From contig JAUMUG010000007.1 in NCBI GenBank assembly GCA_030530775.1, positions 10,690 to 74,689 on the forward strand: DNA of 64,000 nucleotides, given 5' to 3'. Below the pieces are notes generated by a model, which did not search any database, had not been told where the DNA came from, and worked only from the letters and a program-made list of their open reading frames with translations. The stretch is from Lautropia sp. Its GTDB lineage: Bacteria > Pseudomonadota > Gammaproteobacteria > Burkholderiales > Burkholderiaceae_E. Both the position numbers and the translations under genes were made by a program. Positions 1 through 10,132 of this stretch are shown here, one piece after another. Numbering within the stretch: position 1 is the first letter of the stretch; the number at the start of each line of letters is the position of its first letter.

Positions 1-618
1 CGCCACATAATCCTTCTGCTTCTCGACCATGACGGCACCACGAACCGTGCGAGCATATTGCACCCAGTCAGACAGCGCGATGGCAAGGATGATGATGTAG
101 ACCGCTGCTTCATCGCGGTAGCCATCGGGCAGCACGGAACGTGCCAGTCCGAAGATCAGCAGTGCCACGAGCAGCACCGGGAAAGTCAGCTGCACATCGG
201 CCAGGCGAGTGATCAGCGCATCGATCCAGCCGCCGACGTAACCGGCCAGCAGGCCCAGCGACACGCCGATCAGCATCGAGCCACAGACAGCCGCCAACCC
301 GACCAGCACCGACATCCGCAAGCCATACAGAATGGCCGAAAACACATCGCGCCCCTGATCATCGGCGCCCAGCCAATAGCGTTGGCCGGACAGCCCCTGC
401 TCACCCGGTGGCGTGAAGGCATCCATCAGCTCGAGCTCGGCCGGTGAAAACGGATTCTGCGGCGCCAGCCACGGCCCGATGACGGCGGCCAGCATGCAAA
501 GCAGCAAAACGAGCACAGCGCACTGCGTCAGGCTCGACGAAGCCAGCGTACGCAGCGCCGCCGAATCGGACTGACGCCAGCTGCGAAGCGGTGGTTCGGA
601 TGAAGGACTGGAATCCAT
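1..618 (-). CDS. ABC peptide transporter permease, DppC/OppC-like (N-terminal part; gene runs off the window edge)
   Basis: Manual minus-strand translation from the ATG at 618: MDSSPSS...GQRYWLGADDQGRDVFSAILYGLRMSVLVGLAAV... is a typical DppC N-terminus. No stop before position 1. Sits immediately downstream of the dppB-like gene. Confidence 0.6.
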   Translation of the reverse strand, partial: MDSSPSSEPPLRSWRQSDSAALRTLASSSLTQCAVLVLLLCMLAAVIGPWLAPQNPFSPAELELMDAFTPPGEQGLSGQRYWLGADDQGRDVFSAILYGLRMSVLVGLAAVCGSMLIGVSLGLLAGYVGGWIDALITRLADVQLTFPVLLVALLIFGLARSVLPDGYRDEAAVYIIILAIALSDWVQYARTVRGAVMVEKQKDYVA

Positions 619-653
619 GAACGAAGCAATCAGGGGGCTGGTGAGCTGTGTGC

Positions 654-1619
654 CTAGCTCAGCCTCAATCGGGGATTCGCCCAAGCATACAGCAGATCGA
701 CCAGCAGATTGATGACCACATAGAGCAGTGCGATCAGCAACAGGTAGGCGGCGATCACCGGCACGTCCACTCCCTGGATCGAGGAGATGAACAGCAATCC
801 GAGCCCCGGCCACTGAAAGACCGTTTCGGTGACGATGGCGAAGGCGATCAATGAGCCGATCTGCAGGCCGACGATGGTAATGACCGGCACCAGCGTATTG
901 CGCAATGCATGACCATAGTAAAGCGAACGCTCACGCAAGCCGCGGGCACGACCGAAACGAATGTAATCGCTGCCCAGCACATCCAGCATCTCGGCACGCA
1001 CCAGCCGCATGATCAGGGTCAGCTTGTAGAAACCCAACGTGATGGCCGGCAGTACCAGCGCTTTCAGACCGGTTGCCGTCAACAGCCCCGTGTCCCAGCC
1101 ACCGAGTCTGACCAGATCACCCCGGCCAAAGGACGGGAACCAACGCAGCTCGACGGCAAACAGGTAGATCAGACCGATACCGATCAGAAATGTGGGCAGG
1201 GACACACCGATCAGCGACAGCGCCATGACCAGGCGGCTGCACAGCGTCTGCGGCCGAATGGCGGTCATCACACCCAGCAGCACCCCACCCAGTACGGCAA
1301 ACAGCGCCGCTGCCGCAGCCAGCTCGATCGTCGCCGGCAGACGCGCCGCAATCACGTCGACCACTGGCTGCTTGAAGCGGTAGGAAATACCCAGATCGCC
1401 CTGCAGCACCTGCTGCAGATAGTGCGCGTACTGCACCGGCACCGGCTGGTTGAAGCCGAGGCTGTCCAACAGTGCTTCGCGCTGCTGGACCGAGGCGTCC
1501 TCGCCCAACAGGCTGACGGTCGGATCCCCCAGATACCGGAAGACCAGGAATGAAACCAGCGACACCATCAACAGGACCAGAATCGACTGGCCCAAGCGCC
1601 GCAACAGATACGCACTCAT
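654..1619 (-). CDS. ABC peptide transporter permease, DppB/OppB-like
   Basis: 321-aa ORF with about 6 TM segments; the conserved BPD-transport core (...LKALVLPAITLG... and ...GLQIGSLIAFAIVTETVFQWPGLG...) matches DppB/OppB-family permeases. Confidence 0.8.
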   Translation of the reverse strand: MSAYLLRRLGQSILVLLMVSLVSFLVFRYLGDPTVSLLGEDASVQQREALLDSLGFNQPVPVQYAHYLQQVLQGDLGISYRFKQPVVDVIAARLPATIELAAAAALFAVLGGVLLGVMTAIRPQTLCSRLVMALSLIGVSLPTFLIGIGLIYLFAVELRWFPSFGRGDLVRLGGWDTGLLTATGLKALVLPAITLGFYKLTLIMRLVRAEMLDVLGSDYIRFGRARGLRERSLYYGHALRNTLVPVITIVGLQIGSLIAFAIVTETVFQWPGLGLLFISSIQGVDVPVIAAYLLLIALLYVVINLLVDLLYAWANPRLRLS

Positions 1620-1625
1620 CGCAGA

Positions 1626-3215
1626 TCAGGGCCTGGCAAGCTTCAGCAGTTTGAAATAGGTGATGTCGTTGGCATGGACCGGCATCTCGATACGGGGCGT
1701 AGAGGCGTAGCTGATCATCTGATCATGCAGGGGGATGTAGAACCGCTCCTTCCGCACCACCTCCCAGATACTGCGGATGGCGGCGTTGCGCGCGCTCCGG
1801 TCGGCTTCAGCCGACAGAGACAGAATCTGAGCATCGACCTGCGGGTTGCTGTAGCCGGTCACATTCCAAGTACCACGGTCGTTCTTGCCCCGGGTATTGA
1901 CCAGATAATCGAAGATGTAGGCGGAATCGTGAGTCGGCACGCCCCAGCCATACAGGTAGAAATCGGTCTCGCCCTTGCTGAGGATGGCGTTGTGCAGGGC
2001 GATGGGACGCGGCGCCACGTTGACCTTTACGCCGATGCGCCCCAGAAAGCCGGCGATGGCGGTGGCAATCGCTTCGTCATTGACATAACGATCGTTCGGG
2101 GTGTCGAGGGTCAACGTGAATCCGTCCGGATAGCCTGCATCGGCCAGCAGCTTCTTGGCCCGCTTCAGATCGGGTCTGGAATAAACAGCCAGCTCCTTCT
2201 CGTAACCATTGACGAAGGGAGCGGCCAGCATGCCAGTCGGCTCCGACATGCCTCTCATCACAGCCCGCTTGATGACGTCACGGTCGATGGCCAGATCGAA
2301 AGCCTCCCGCACGCGGATATCGGATAGCGGGTTCCTGTCCTTGATATCGGACTGGCGCAACGTCTTCGAACCAATGTTCAGGCCCAGAAAGATCGTGCGA
2401 TTCTCCAAGCCGTCGACGACCCTCAGGCGGCCGTCGGCCTTCAACCGAGCCACATCCTGTGCCGGCACATCCTGCAGAAAATCGACCTCACCCGACAGCA
2501 AAGCGGCCACACGGGTGGCGGGTGACTTGATCGGCAAGTAGATCAGCTCGGTGACATCGAGCGGAAACTCGCCCTTGCCCCAGTAACCATCGAATTGCTT
2601 CATGACGGTGCGGGCATCGACCTCACGCGAAGCCAGCCGATAGGGACCGGTGCCATTGACATGGCGGGTCGAAAAGTTCTCGGTCTTCGAGGCCACATCC
2701 TGCGGCACCTCGGCCCCGTTGGCTTTGGCCCACTGCTCGCTCATGATGAACAGATTGGTCAAATTGTCAGGAAAGACCAGATCCGCCCCGTTGGTCTTGA
2801 CCAATACGGTCAAAGCATCCACCGCAACGACCTCGCGCATCGAGGACAACAGCGATTTCATCTGCGACGAAGGTGCCTGGGCACGCTTGAGCGAGAACAC
2901 GACATCGTCTGCGGTGAAAGGCGTGCCATCATGGAAGCGGACATTCGGACGCAGCTTGAACTCCCAGACGGTGGGATCGTCGGTGAGACGCCAGGAGGTG
3001 GCCAGCGCGCCCTGCAGGGAATGGTCGGCCAGACGGATGATCAGCGGCTCGTAGAGCTGATGCAGCATATTGAAATTGGTACCGACGTTGACAGCGTGTG
3101 GATCGAGCGTGGCGGGGTCTGCCGAACGCGCCCAGCGCACGGTTTCGGCATGTGCGGCGGAGGCATGCATCAGAGGAATCGACACCAGCAAAGCGGCGAG
3201 CGTTTTTTTGATCAT
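1626..3215 (-). CDS. ABC transporter substrate-binding protein, family 5 (DppA/OppA-like)
   Basis: Start moved to the internal MIKKTLAALLVSIPLMHASAAHA signal peptide. SBP_bac_5-like sequence follows (VRWARSADPATLDPH..., LGLNIGSK...). Operon with the two permeases. Confidence 0.8.
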   Translation of the reverse strand: MIKKTLAALLVSIPLMHASAAHAETVRWARSADPATLDPHAVNVGTNFNMLHQLYEPLIIRLADHSLQGALATSWRLTDDPTVWEFKLRPNVRFHDGTPFTADDVVFSLKRAQAPSSQMKSLLSSMREVVAVDALTVLVKTNGADLVFPDNLTNLFIMSEQWAKANGAEVPQDVASKTENFSTRHVNGTGPYRLASREVDARTVMKQFDGYWGKGEFPLDVTELIYLPIKSPATRVAALLSGEVDFLQDVPAQDVARLKADGRLRVVDGLENRTIFLGLNIGSKTLRQSDIKDRNPLSDIRVREAFDLAIDRDVIKRAVMRGMSEPTGMLAAPFVNGYEKELAVYSRPDLKRAKKLLADAGYPDGFTLTLDTPNDRYVNDEAIATAIAGFLGRIGVKVNVAPRPIALHNAILSKGETDFYLYGWGVPTHDSAYIFDYLVNTRGKNDRGTWNVTGYSNPQVDAQILSLSAEADRSARNAAIRSIWEVVRKERFYIPLHDQMISYASTPRIEMPVHANDITYFKLLKLARP

Positions 3216-4184
3216 GGCAGAAAGGGATCGTGACGGGCGGCCAGAAAAGCCATCGAGGTCAGACAAGGATAAGACCAAAAGGGGCTGCCGCGTATGTCTC
3301 AGCAACCGGCCATCCGAATATCAACGAATGCTGATAGAAAAAAATCCTATAGGAAGCGTCCGGAGCGACATAGCAAGCCGTTTGATACAACTATGAAATA
3401 TTAGGGTTTCAAGCCTTTCTGGCATGATGGCCCGGTGCTTTGGACAAGGCGGAAAACAGCGCCGCCAAAGATACAAATTGGCATCCATTGACGCCAAATT
3501 TCATAAAAAAGAGCCTGAAAAGACCAGAATTAACGGCAAATCGCCGCTCACACTCTTCCCAGCCAGATTCCTGGAAAGAGTGGCAGACAAGCCCCGAGAG
3601 AAACATTTGGTATGCCTTGAACAACTTTTATTTAAAAATCGTTATATTTAACATTTTTTATCCCTCTACTGTTGTATCTATGTATCAAAGACTAAATTTT
3701 TTGTCCGATTTGGGGTCTACAGTTATGCCTGCCTGCAGTTTGATACAAAGAAGACAGCCAACCAGCCGCTCGTCGGCACAGGTCAACCGACCGCCGGCAA
3801 ATCTTTGAAAAACATATGAATTCCCCCGCCGCCCCATGCCATCACGCGAAGGCTGGACTTTGGTTTCCATGAATCCCGGGTGTGTTCTTTCAGGCAGGCA
3901 TCGCAGCCGGTCCAACTGAGCCCTGGCTGTCGATTGCCAAGCTGCTTCCCTCTCGCGTTTGCCATGACCGGAAGCTCCCGCGAGGAGCACGGGAGGGTTC
4001 TGGAGTCGATTTCGTAACAAAAGGTAATTAGGGAACATTTTCCAGCGGATTTCCAAGCCGTTTCGCCCGGGGATCTCAGAGTTTGATTTCGTCTCACTAC
4101 TCCCTCCCTCGACACCGATTGATTGCCTGTGATCGACCGCCTCCATTTTTCCAACTACTTTTCAACTCTGATCGCCCCGTCCTT

Positions 4185-5012
4185 ATGAGCAAGCCTTCTT
4201 TCAAAGCTAAATCCCTGATCGCAGCAGCAGGCCTGGCCCTGTTCACCATGGCATCCCCTCTCAACGCCCAATCCACCGATGCTGTCTGCGCCACACCGGC
4301 ACGGATGATTGCGGACCAGGGCGAAGGTGATGCGTATATGGCCGGTGCCAATCCGGAGTGGACGTGGTCCCACGCCGGATTCGCAACCAGTGCCCTGGGC
4401 GGTTGGGATCATTGGCCCGCCTGGGAGAAAGCCCGTCTGCCCCAGTTCCAACACGTCCATGGTGATTGGAGCCGCCTGATGCCTTGGTTCACGGTGGGGG
4501 GGCCGGCTGGCAGCTACAGTCCGGCAACCGTCGAAATCGGTCGGATGTCGGTGTTCTATTTCTCGCGCAACACCCAGCGCTGGCAATTGCTTTCCCAGGA
4601 CGTCTTCCCTGAAATCGGCACCTGCGGTGCCTACACCGCTCTGACCGATTGCACGCTGACCAGTTCGCCGATCGCCACCGCCTATTCGCCGAATCTGCTG
4701 CATGGCTGGTTCGACTTCGTCCGTATTCCGTCCGACGCACAGGCACTCAGCGTCAGCATCCAGGCCCGTTCGGTCAGTGGCGGCCGCGCCATGCTGTCGG
4801 TCGGTGCCGACTACTACCCACCGGATTCCAACAACCTGAACGGTGTGGCCATCACGGCTGCCGGCAACTCGGCACCGCGCTACATCAGCTCGGGGGCATG
4901 GACCACGGTGACCTTCACCACGCTGGCCGACCAGACCGTGGATGACACCGGCATCTCGCGCGATCAGCTGATGTCGAATGCCCCGGCCTGCGCCAACCCG
5001 GCCAACAGTTGA
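4185..5012 (+). CDS. secreted hypothetical protein, paralogous to the C-terminal domain of the lipoprotein at 39356-42043
   Basis: Start placed at MSKPSFKAKSLIAAAGLALFTMASPLNAQS, a Sec signal. Shares ...VEIGRMSVFYFSRNTQRWQLL... and ...LLHGWFDF...QARSVSGGRAMLSVGADYYP... with the C-terminus of the 39356-42043 product. Preceded by a ~400-nt leader and an AT-rich patch. Confidence 0.55.
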   Translation: MSKPSFKAKSLIAAAGLALFTMASPLNAQSTDAVCATPARMIADQGEGDAYMAGANPEWTWSHAGFATSALGGWDHWPAWEKARLPQFQHVHGDWSRLMPWFTVGGPAGSYSPATVEIGRMSVFYFSRNTQRWQLLSQDVFPEIGTCGAYTALTDCTLTSSPIATAYSPNLLHGWFDFVRIPSDAQALSVSIQARSVSGGRAMLSVGADYYPPDSNNLNGVAITAAGNSAPRYISSGAWTTVTFTTLADQTVDDTGISRDQLMSNAPACANPANS

Positions 5013-5086
5013 TCGAAGATCATCGGTCATCGCCCGGGACGAGCACGCCCCGGGCCCCGATCACCGCACCGTTCTGTAGACAATAT

Positions 5087-6592
5087 TCAGCTCTCTCCGC
5101 CGAGGCCGCTTTCGACCATCTCGGCAGCCCGCAGCACGGCACGAGCCTTGACCTCGGTTTCCTGCCATTCGTTTTCCAGCACCGAATCGAAGACGATACC
5201 GGCCGCAGCCTGCACATTGAGCATGCCATCCTTCAGCACACCGGTACGGATGGCGATGGCCACATCCATTTCGCCGGAATAGCTGAGATAGCCGCAAGCG
5301 CCACCGTAGATGCCACGCTTGACCGGCTCCATCTCCTCAATCAGCTCCATAGCCCGCACTTTCGGTGCACCAGTCAGCGTGCCGGCCGGGAATGTAGCGC
5401 GCAGCACATCGATGGCATCCATCTCCTGTTCCAACTCACCCTCGACATTGGAAACGATATGGATGACATGCGAATACTTTTCGATCGCCATCTGCTCGGT
5501 GACACGGACGCTGCCGGTGCGAGCCAGCCTGCCGATGTCGTTACGCGCCAGATCGATCAGCATCAGATGCTCGGCCCGTTCCTTGGGATCGGCCAGCAGC
5601 TCAGCGGCGGCGGCCTCGTCTTCGGCCAGCGTCAGACCTCGCTTGCGGGTGCCAGCAATCGGACGCAGCGTCACCTTCGGATGTTCACCCCTTTCCTGGC
5701 GCACCAGAATTTCGGGCGATGCCCCGGCCACATGGAAGTCCCCGAAATCGTAGTAGTACATATAAGGCGATGGGTTGATCGAGCGCAGCGCCCGATACAG
5801 CGACAGCGGCGAATGCCCGAAGGGCTTGCGCAGCACCTGCCCGATCTGCACCTGCATCAGATCACCGGCGATGATGTGCTCCTTTGCCTTGGCGATGGTC
5901 TTGAGATAATCCTCACGGGCAAAAGGCCGCTCGATCGGCGTGTGCACCACCTCGCCCCGCCCCGCCACCGGGAAGTCCTCCGGTGCCAGCGCCGCACGCC
6001 GCATCCGCTGCTCCAGCTGACGCAGGCGGCTTCGGGCCCGGCCATAAGCTTCGGGCTCGGATGGATCGGCATAGACCATCAGATAAATCATGCCGCTCAG
6101 GTTGTCGATGATGGCCAGTTCATCGACAACCAGCAGCAACAGGTCGGGCACACCGATCAAATCGGGTTTGGGCTTCTTGCCCACCTTGGGCTCGATGAAG
6201 TGCACCACGTCATAACCGAAGTATCCGGCCAGACCTCCACAGAAACGGGGCAAGCCCGGACGCAGATGCACACGATAGCGTTTCTGGAACTGCTGCACGA
6301 AGACGAGTGGATCGCCCTGGGTGGTTTCGATCACCTGACCATCGCGCACCACCTCGATATGGTCGCCGCTGGCACGCAGCAGCGTGCGTGCCGGCAGTCC
6401 GATGAATGAATAGCGGCCAAAACGCTCGCCACCAACCACCGATTCGAGCAAAAAGGAATTGCGCCGGTCGGCCGGCTCCGTCAGTTTCAGATACAGCCCG
6501 AGCGGGCTGTCCAGATCGGCCAGAGCCTGGGTCAGCAGGGGAATGCGGTTGTAGCCTTGAGCCGCGAGGGCCTTGAACTCGAGTTCGGTCAT
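5087..6592 (-). CDS. trpE: anthranilate synthase component I
   Basis: N-terminus MTELEFKALAAQGYNRIPLLTQALADLDSP and chorismate-binding C-terminus (...LMLIDLARNDIGR..., GAPKVRAMELIEEMEPVKRGIYGGACGY...). Start trimmed from the tool ORF to the canonical Met at 6592. Confidence 0.9.
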   Translation of the reverse strand: MTELEFKALAAQGYNRIPLLTQALADLDSPLGLYLKLTEPADRRNSFLLESVVGGERFGRYSFIGLPARTLLRASGDHIEVVRDGQVIETTQGDPLVFVQQFQKRYRVHLRPGLPRFCGGLAGYFGYDVVHFIEPKVGKKPKPDLIGVPDLLLLVVDELAIIDNLSGMIYLMVYADPSEPEAYGRARSRLRQLEQRMRRAALAPEDFPVAGRGEVVHTPIERPFAREDYLKTIAKAKEHIIAGDLMQVQIGQVLRKPFGHSPLSLYRALRSINPSPYMYYYDFGDFHVAGASPEILVRQERGEHPKVTLRPIAGTRKRGLTLAEDEAAAAELLADPKERAEHLMLIDLARNDIGRLARTGSVRVTEQMAIEKYSHVIHIVSNVEGELEQEMDAIDVLRATFPAGTLTGAPKVRAMELIEEMEPVKRGIYGGACGYLSYSGEMDVAIAIRTGVLKDGMLNVQAAAGIVFDSVLENEWQETEVKARAVLRAAEMVESGLGGES

Positions 6593-6765
6593 ATCAATAT
6601 AGGAAAGTCCGCGCCGACGCAGGGGCCCGGAGGATGTACGGTCTGCCTGTTCGGACCGGCTGGCTCGACGAATGGCGTCGGCTGCCGGGTTTGGGGGTAC
6701 CCAGAGGCGTGCACGATGAATGATACGTCGATGCGATGGACACCCCCGCCCGCAGGGTGCCTGCG

Positions 6766-7455
6766 TCAGTGCACAGGACGCTTCGACTGCTGCAACCAAA
6801 GCGCCACGTACTCGATGGAAGGCACCACTGCATCGGCATCCACCGATGCCAGCGACTTGCCCTCGTTATAGCCATAGGGAAGCATGACGATGGGCATGGC
6901 CGCCGCGCGGGCCGCTTCGGCATCGTTGAGAGAATCCCCCACCATCAGAACCTCGGCAGGCGGCAGACACCACCGGCGACAGGCCTCCAGCAACGGACCG
7001 GGATGGGGCTTACGCACCGGCAGGGAATCGCCACCGATCAAGAAATCAAAATAATCCAACAGCCCGAAATGAGTCAACAGAGGAGCAATGTAGACCTCTG
7101 GTTTATTGGTGACACAAGCCATGGGCAGCTGCAGTGTCCGCATGATGGCCAACCCCTCGGCCACTCCGGGATAGATGCGGGCAGCCTGTCCATTGACCCG
7201 GGCATAATTGGCATGAAAGCGTTCGCGGGCCAACGCAAAAGCCTGGCTGTCCATCGAGGCCGGACTACCGCCAGCGGCCAGCATCCGCTCGATCAGACGA
7301 TCGGCCCCCTTGCCGACGAAGGTCGCCACCCGTTCCAACGGGATGGTCGGCAATCCCAGATCGATCATCATGCCGTTGGCACCGGCTGCCAGATCGGGAA
7401 TGGTGTCGAGCAAAGTCCCGTCGAGATCGAAGCAAACCGCACGGATCGAGGGCAT
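6766..7455 (-). CDS. gph: phosphoglycolate phosphatase (HAD family)
   Basis: MPSIRAVCFDLDGTLLDT HAD motif I, ...VTNKP..., ...MVGDSLNDAEAARAAAM... motif III. Lies between rpe and trpE, as in many beta-/gammaproteobacteria. An alternative upstream start at 7542 is possible. Confidence 0.75.
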   Translation of the reverse strand: MPSIRAVCFDLDGTLLDTIPDLAAGANGMMIDLGLPTIPLERVATFVGKGADRLIERMLAAGGSPASMDSQAFALARERFHANYARVNGQAARIYPGVAEGLAIMRTLQLPMACVTNKPEVYIAPLLTHFGLLDYFDFLIGGDSLPVRKPHPGPLLEACRRWCLPPAEVLMVGDSLNDAEAARAAAMPIVMLPYGYNEGKSLASVDADAVVPSIEYVALWLQQSKRPVH

Positions 7456-7585
7456 GGAAAGCGCCAGACCAGAAGGAACGGGCGGCCATGCACCCGACGG
7501 GACAACCGTCGACCTGGAAAGAGGAGAGGATGAGTCGTTCATGACGAGTGTCGGAACCAGTGGCCTGTCTCGGCCATTGTTGTGA

Positions 7586-8278
7586 TCAAGGTTTTGCCAC
7601 TGCCAGTGCCTGTCGCAACCGGGCGATGACACCATGGTAGCCACCATCGGGATCGGGTGCGCCGAAAACGGCCGAGCCCGCCACGAAGGTGTCGGCACCG
7701 GCGGCAGCGATTTCGGCAATGTTGTCGACCTTGACGCCCCCGTCGATCTCCAACCAGATTTCCCGGCCGGTACGCTCTTTGGCCTCGTCGATGCGCTGCC
7801 GGGCTTCGCGCAGTTTGGGCAGCACGCCGTTGATGAAACGCTGGCCTCCAAAACCCGGGTTGACCGACATCAGCAACACGATATCGAGCTGATCGAGGGT
7901 GTGGTCGAGCCAGTGCAGCGGCGTGGCTGGATTGAAGACCAGCCCGGCCTTGCAGCCACGGTCGCGGATCAGCTGCAATGTACGGTCGACATGTCGACTG
8001 GCTTCGGGATGAAAAGTGATCAGATCGGCACCGGCGTCGGCAAAGGCCATGGCCATCGCATCGACCGGCTGTACCATCAGGTGTACATCGATCGGCATTC
8101 TGATGTGCGGACGCAACGCCTGACAGACCATCGGTCCGACCGTCAGATTGGGTACGTAATGGTTGTCCATCACATCGAAATGCAGCAGGTCGGCCCCGGC
8201 CGCCTCGATCGCCTGGACCTCCTCTTTCAAACGACCGAAATCGGCCGACAGCATGCTGGGAGCGATCCGGTACATCAT
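7586..8278 (-). CDS. rpe: ribulose-phosphate 3-epimerase
   Basis: [46 protein letters not shown]... is full-length Rpe. Confidence 0.9.
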   Translation of the reverse strand: MMYRIAPSMLSADFGRLKEEVQAIEAAGADLLHFDVMDNHYVPNLTVGPMVCQALRPHIRMPIDVHLMVQPVDAMAMAFADAGADLITFHPEASRHVDRTLQLIRDRGCKAGLVFNPATPLHWLDHTLDQLDIVLLMSVNPGFGGQRFINGVLPKLREARQRIDEAKERTGREIWLEIDGGVKVDNIAEIAAAGADTFVAGSAVFGAPDPDGGYHGVIARLRQALAVAKP

Positions 8279-8371
8279 GATGAATCCTCTCTTCTGCCCT
8301 GATATTGGCTGTTGACTAAAATCATCCGATTGTATTCATGCTTTCGGGCAGCCGATCACGAGGAAACGCCG

Positions 8372-8755
8372 ATGACAGACGACCACCACTATGCCATCGA
8401 CATCACCGTCGCAAGCCACTATATCGAAGAACAGTCGATGCCGGCGGAAAAGGTGTACTCCTTCGCCTACACCGTCACCATCACCAACCGGGGTACCGTG
8501 CCCACCCAGCTGATCAGCCGGCACTGGATCATTCAGGACGACCACGGCTACTGCCGTGAGATCAAGGGACTCGGGGTCGTGGGGCACCAGCCACTGCTGA
8601 AGCCCGGCGAGAGCTTTCAGTACACTAGCGCCAGCCAGTTGCCCACCCCTGGTGGCACAATGCAGGGAAGCTATTTCTTCGTGACCGAAGATGGTCAGCG
8701 CTTCGACGCCGAAATTCCACAGTTTCCGCTGAACATGCCACGCACACTGCACTGA
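8372..8755 (+). CDS. apaG: ApaG (DUF525) protein
   Basis: MTDDHHYAIDITVASHYIEEQS...YSFAYTVTITNRG...QLISRHWIIQDDHGYCREIKGLGVVGHQPLLKPGESFQYTS is canonical ApaG. AGGAA RBS precedes the ATG at 8372. Confidence 0.8.
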   Translation: MTDDHHYAIDITVASHYIEEQSMPAEKVYSFAYTVTITNRGTVPTQLISRHWIIQDDHGYCREIKGLGVVGHQPLLKPGESFQYTSASQLPTPGGTMQGSYFFVTEDGQRFDAEIPQFPLNMPRTLH

Positions 8756-8965
8756 ACGCCCCTGCGGCAGCCACTGCCCCAGATACCGAGGCTGGAGCAC
8801 GGTCCGATCCCCTCTGCCGTACCAAGATGCTCGATCCCCTGGAGCCCGGATCATGAAAGTCGCGCAGCAAATCACCCCATCGAACGCCGTATACGCACTG
8901 GTCGCTGCCATCGGTCTTCATCCGGCACCCTATCCTGTTCCTCCGCTTCTTTGCCCTTTGTTTCG

Positions 8966-10117
8966 ATGACCTCCTGGTTTTCCGCCCGCCACGGGCTGCG
9001 CTTCCTTCTGCTGGCCGCAGCCGTCTCGCTTGCCGCCTGCCAGAGTACCCCTGACATCGAACCGACGGTGCCCGCACCGCCGGCCACGCTTGCGGTCGAC
9101 CAACTTCCAGGTATCGGCAACGATGATCTGCGCGGCCTGGATCAGGCGATCAATCGTCAATGCCGACTGCCCCGACCGCCGGCTCGTTGGCCCCAGCTAT
9201 GCGCCGAGTTCGCCCGATTGCATGATTATCCGTCGCTGCGCCAATGGCTGAACCAACGCTTCGAAGCCCGGGAACTGCTGAATGACAACCTGCCGGAAGG
9301 CCTGCTGACCGGCTATTACGAGCCACTGCTGACCGGCAGCCGAGAACGCGAGCATTCCGGCCAAGTGCCACTGCGCGCGCTGCCCCCCGACCTGCTGACC
9401 ATCGAACTCAGCTCCGTGGCGCCACAGCTCAAGGGCCTGCGCCTGCGTGGCCGGCTGGATGGACAAAAGGTGATCCCCTACGCCAACCGGCAGCAAATCG
9501 AAGACTACGAGAGCCAATACGGTATCGGCAACCAACCGGTGATCGCCTGGGCCGACGATCCGGTCGATGCCTTCTTTCTGGAAATACAGGGCTCGGGCCG
9601 GGTGCAGTTGCGCGATGGCAGCCAGATTCGCGTCGGCTACGCCGACCAAAACGGACACCCCTATCAGGCAATCGGCAATACATTGGTCAGACGGGGGGCA
9701 CTGAAACGCGAAGAAGTGACGGCACCTGCCATTCAGGCCTGGCTGCGAGAAAATCCGGCCGAGGGCCGCAAAGTGATGCAGACGAACCCCGGCGTGGTGT
9801 TCTTCCGGGAACTGGCCACCGATCAGAACGATCCGAATGCGGGTCCGGTAGGTGCAATGGGGGTACCGCTGACACCCGAGCGCTCACTGGCTGTGGACCG
9901 CAATAAAATCCCGCTGGGTTCCCCTGTCTTCATCCAAAGCACCCATCCGATCAGCCAACAGCCGATCAGCCGGGTGATGCTCGCCCAAGATACCGGCGGC
10001 GCCATCCGTGGTGCCCGACGGGCCGATTATTTCTGGGGCTTTGGCAATCAAGCCGGCATGGCCGCCGGACTGATGAAAGCACCGGTGCGGATGTGGGTGC
10101 TGGTACCGAAGCGCTGA
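8966..10117 (+). CDS. mltA: membrane-bound lytic murein transglycosylase A family lipoprotein
   Basis: Lipoprotein signal ...LLLAAAVSLAACQS. MltA-specific region (...LTGYYEPLL..., ...AWADDPVDAFFLEIQGSGRVQLRDGSQIRVGYADQNGHPYQAIG..., DTGGAIRG...). Confidence 0.8.
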   Translation: MTSWFSARHGLRFLLLAAAVSLAACQSTPDIEPTVPAPPATLAVDQLPGIGNDDLRGLDQAINRQCRLPRPPARWPQLCAEFARLHDYPSLRQWLNQRFEARELLNDNLPEGLLTGYYEPLLTGSREREHSGQVPLRALPPDLLTIELSSVAPQLKGLRLRGRLDGQKVIPYANRQQIEDYESQYGIGNQPVIAWADDPVDAFFLEIQGSGRVQLRDGSQIRVGYADQNGHPYQAIGNTLVRRGALKREEVTAPAIQAWLRENPAEGRKVMQTNPGVVFFRELATDQNDPNAGPVGAMGVPLTPERSLAVDRNKIPLGSPVFIQSTHPISQQPISRVMLAQDTGGAIRGARRADYFWGFGNQAGMAAGLMKAPVRMWVLVPKR

Positions 10118-10132
10118 CCCCCACCGGCACCA

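Noticed and set aside
58-447. 129-aa plus-strand ORF at the window start
   Set aside because: Antisense to the DppC-like permease; the product is highly charged and Gln/Asp/His-rich.
3790-4184. Possible c-di-GMP (GEMM) riboswitch in the long leader of the secreted-protein gene
   Set aside because: Weak matches to GGCAAAC-like motifs occur only on the wrong strand, and the paired GNRA/receptor elements could not be built by eye. Needs an Rfam scan before any claim.
5009-6409. 466-aa plus-strand ORF
   Set aside because: Antisense to trpE, whose identity is unambiguous. The translation is His/Arg/Gln-rich nonsense typical of GC-rich antisense frames.
6593-6765. Possible trp attenuator/leader peptide between gph and trpE
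   Set aside because: No tandem Trp codons and no convincing terminator/antiterminator pair in the 173-bp gap.
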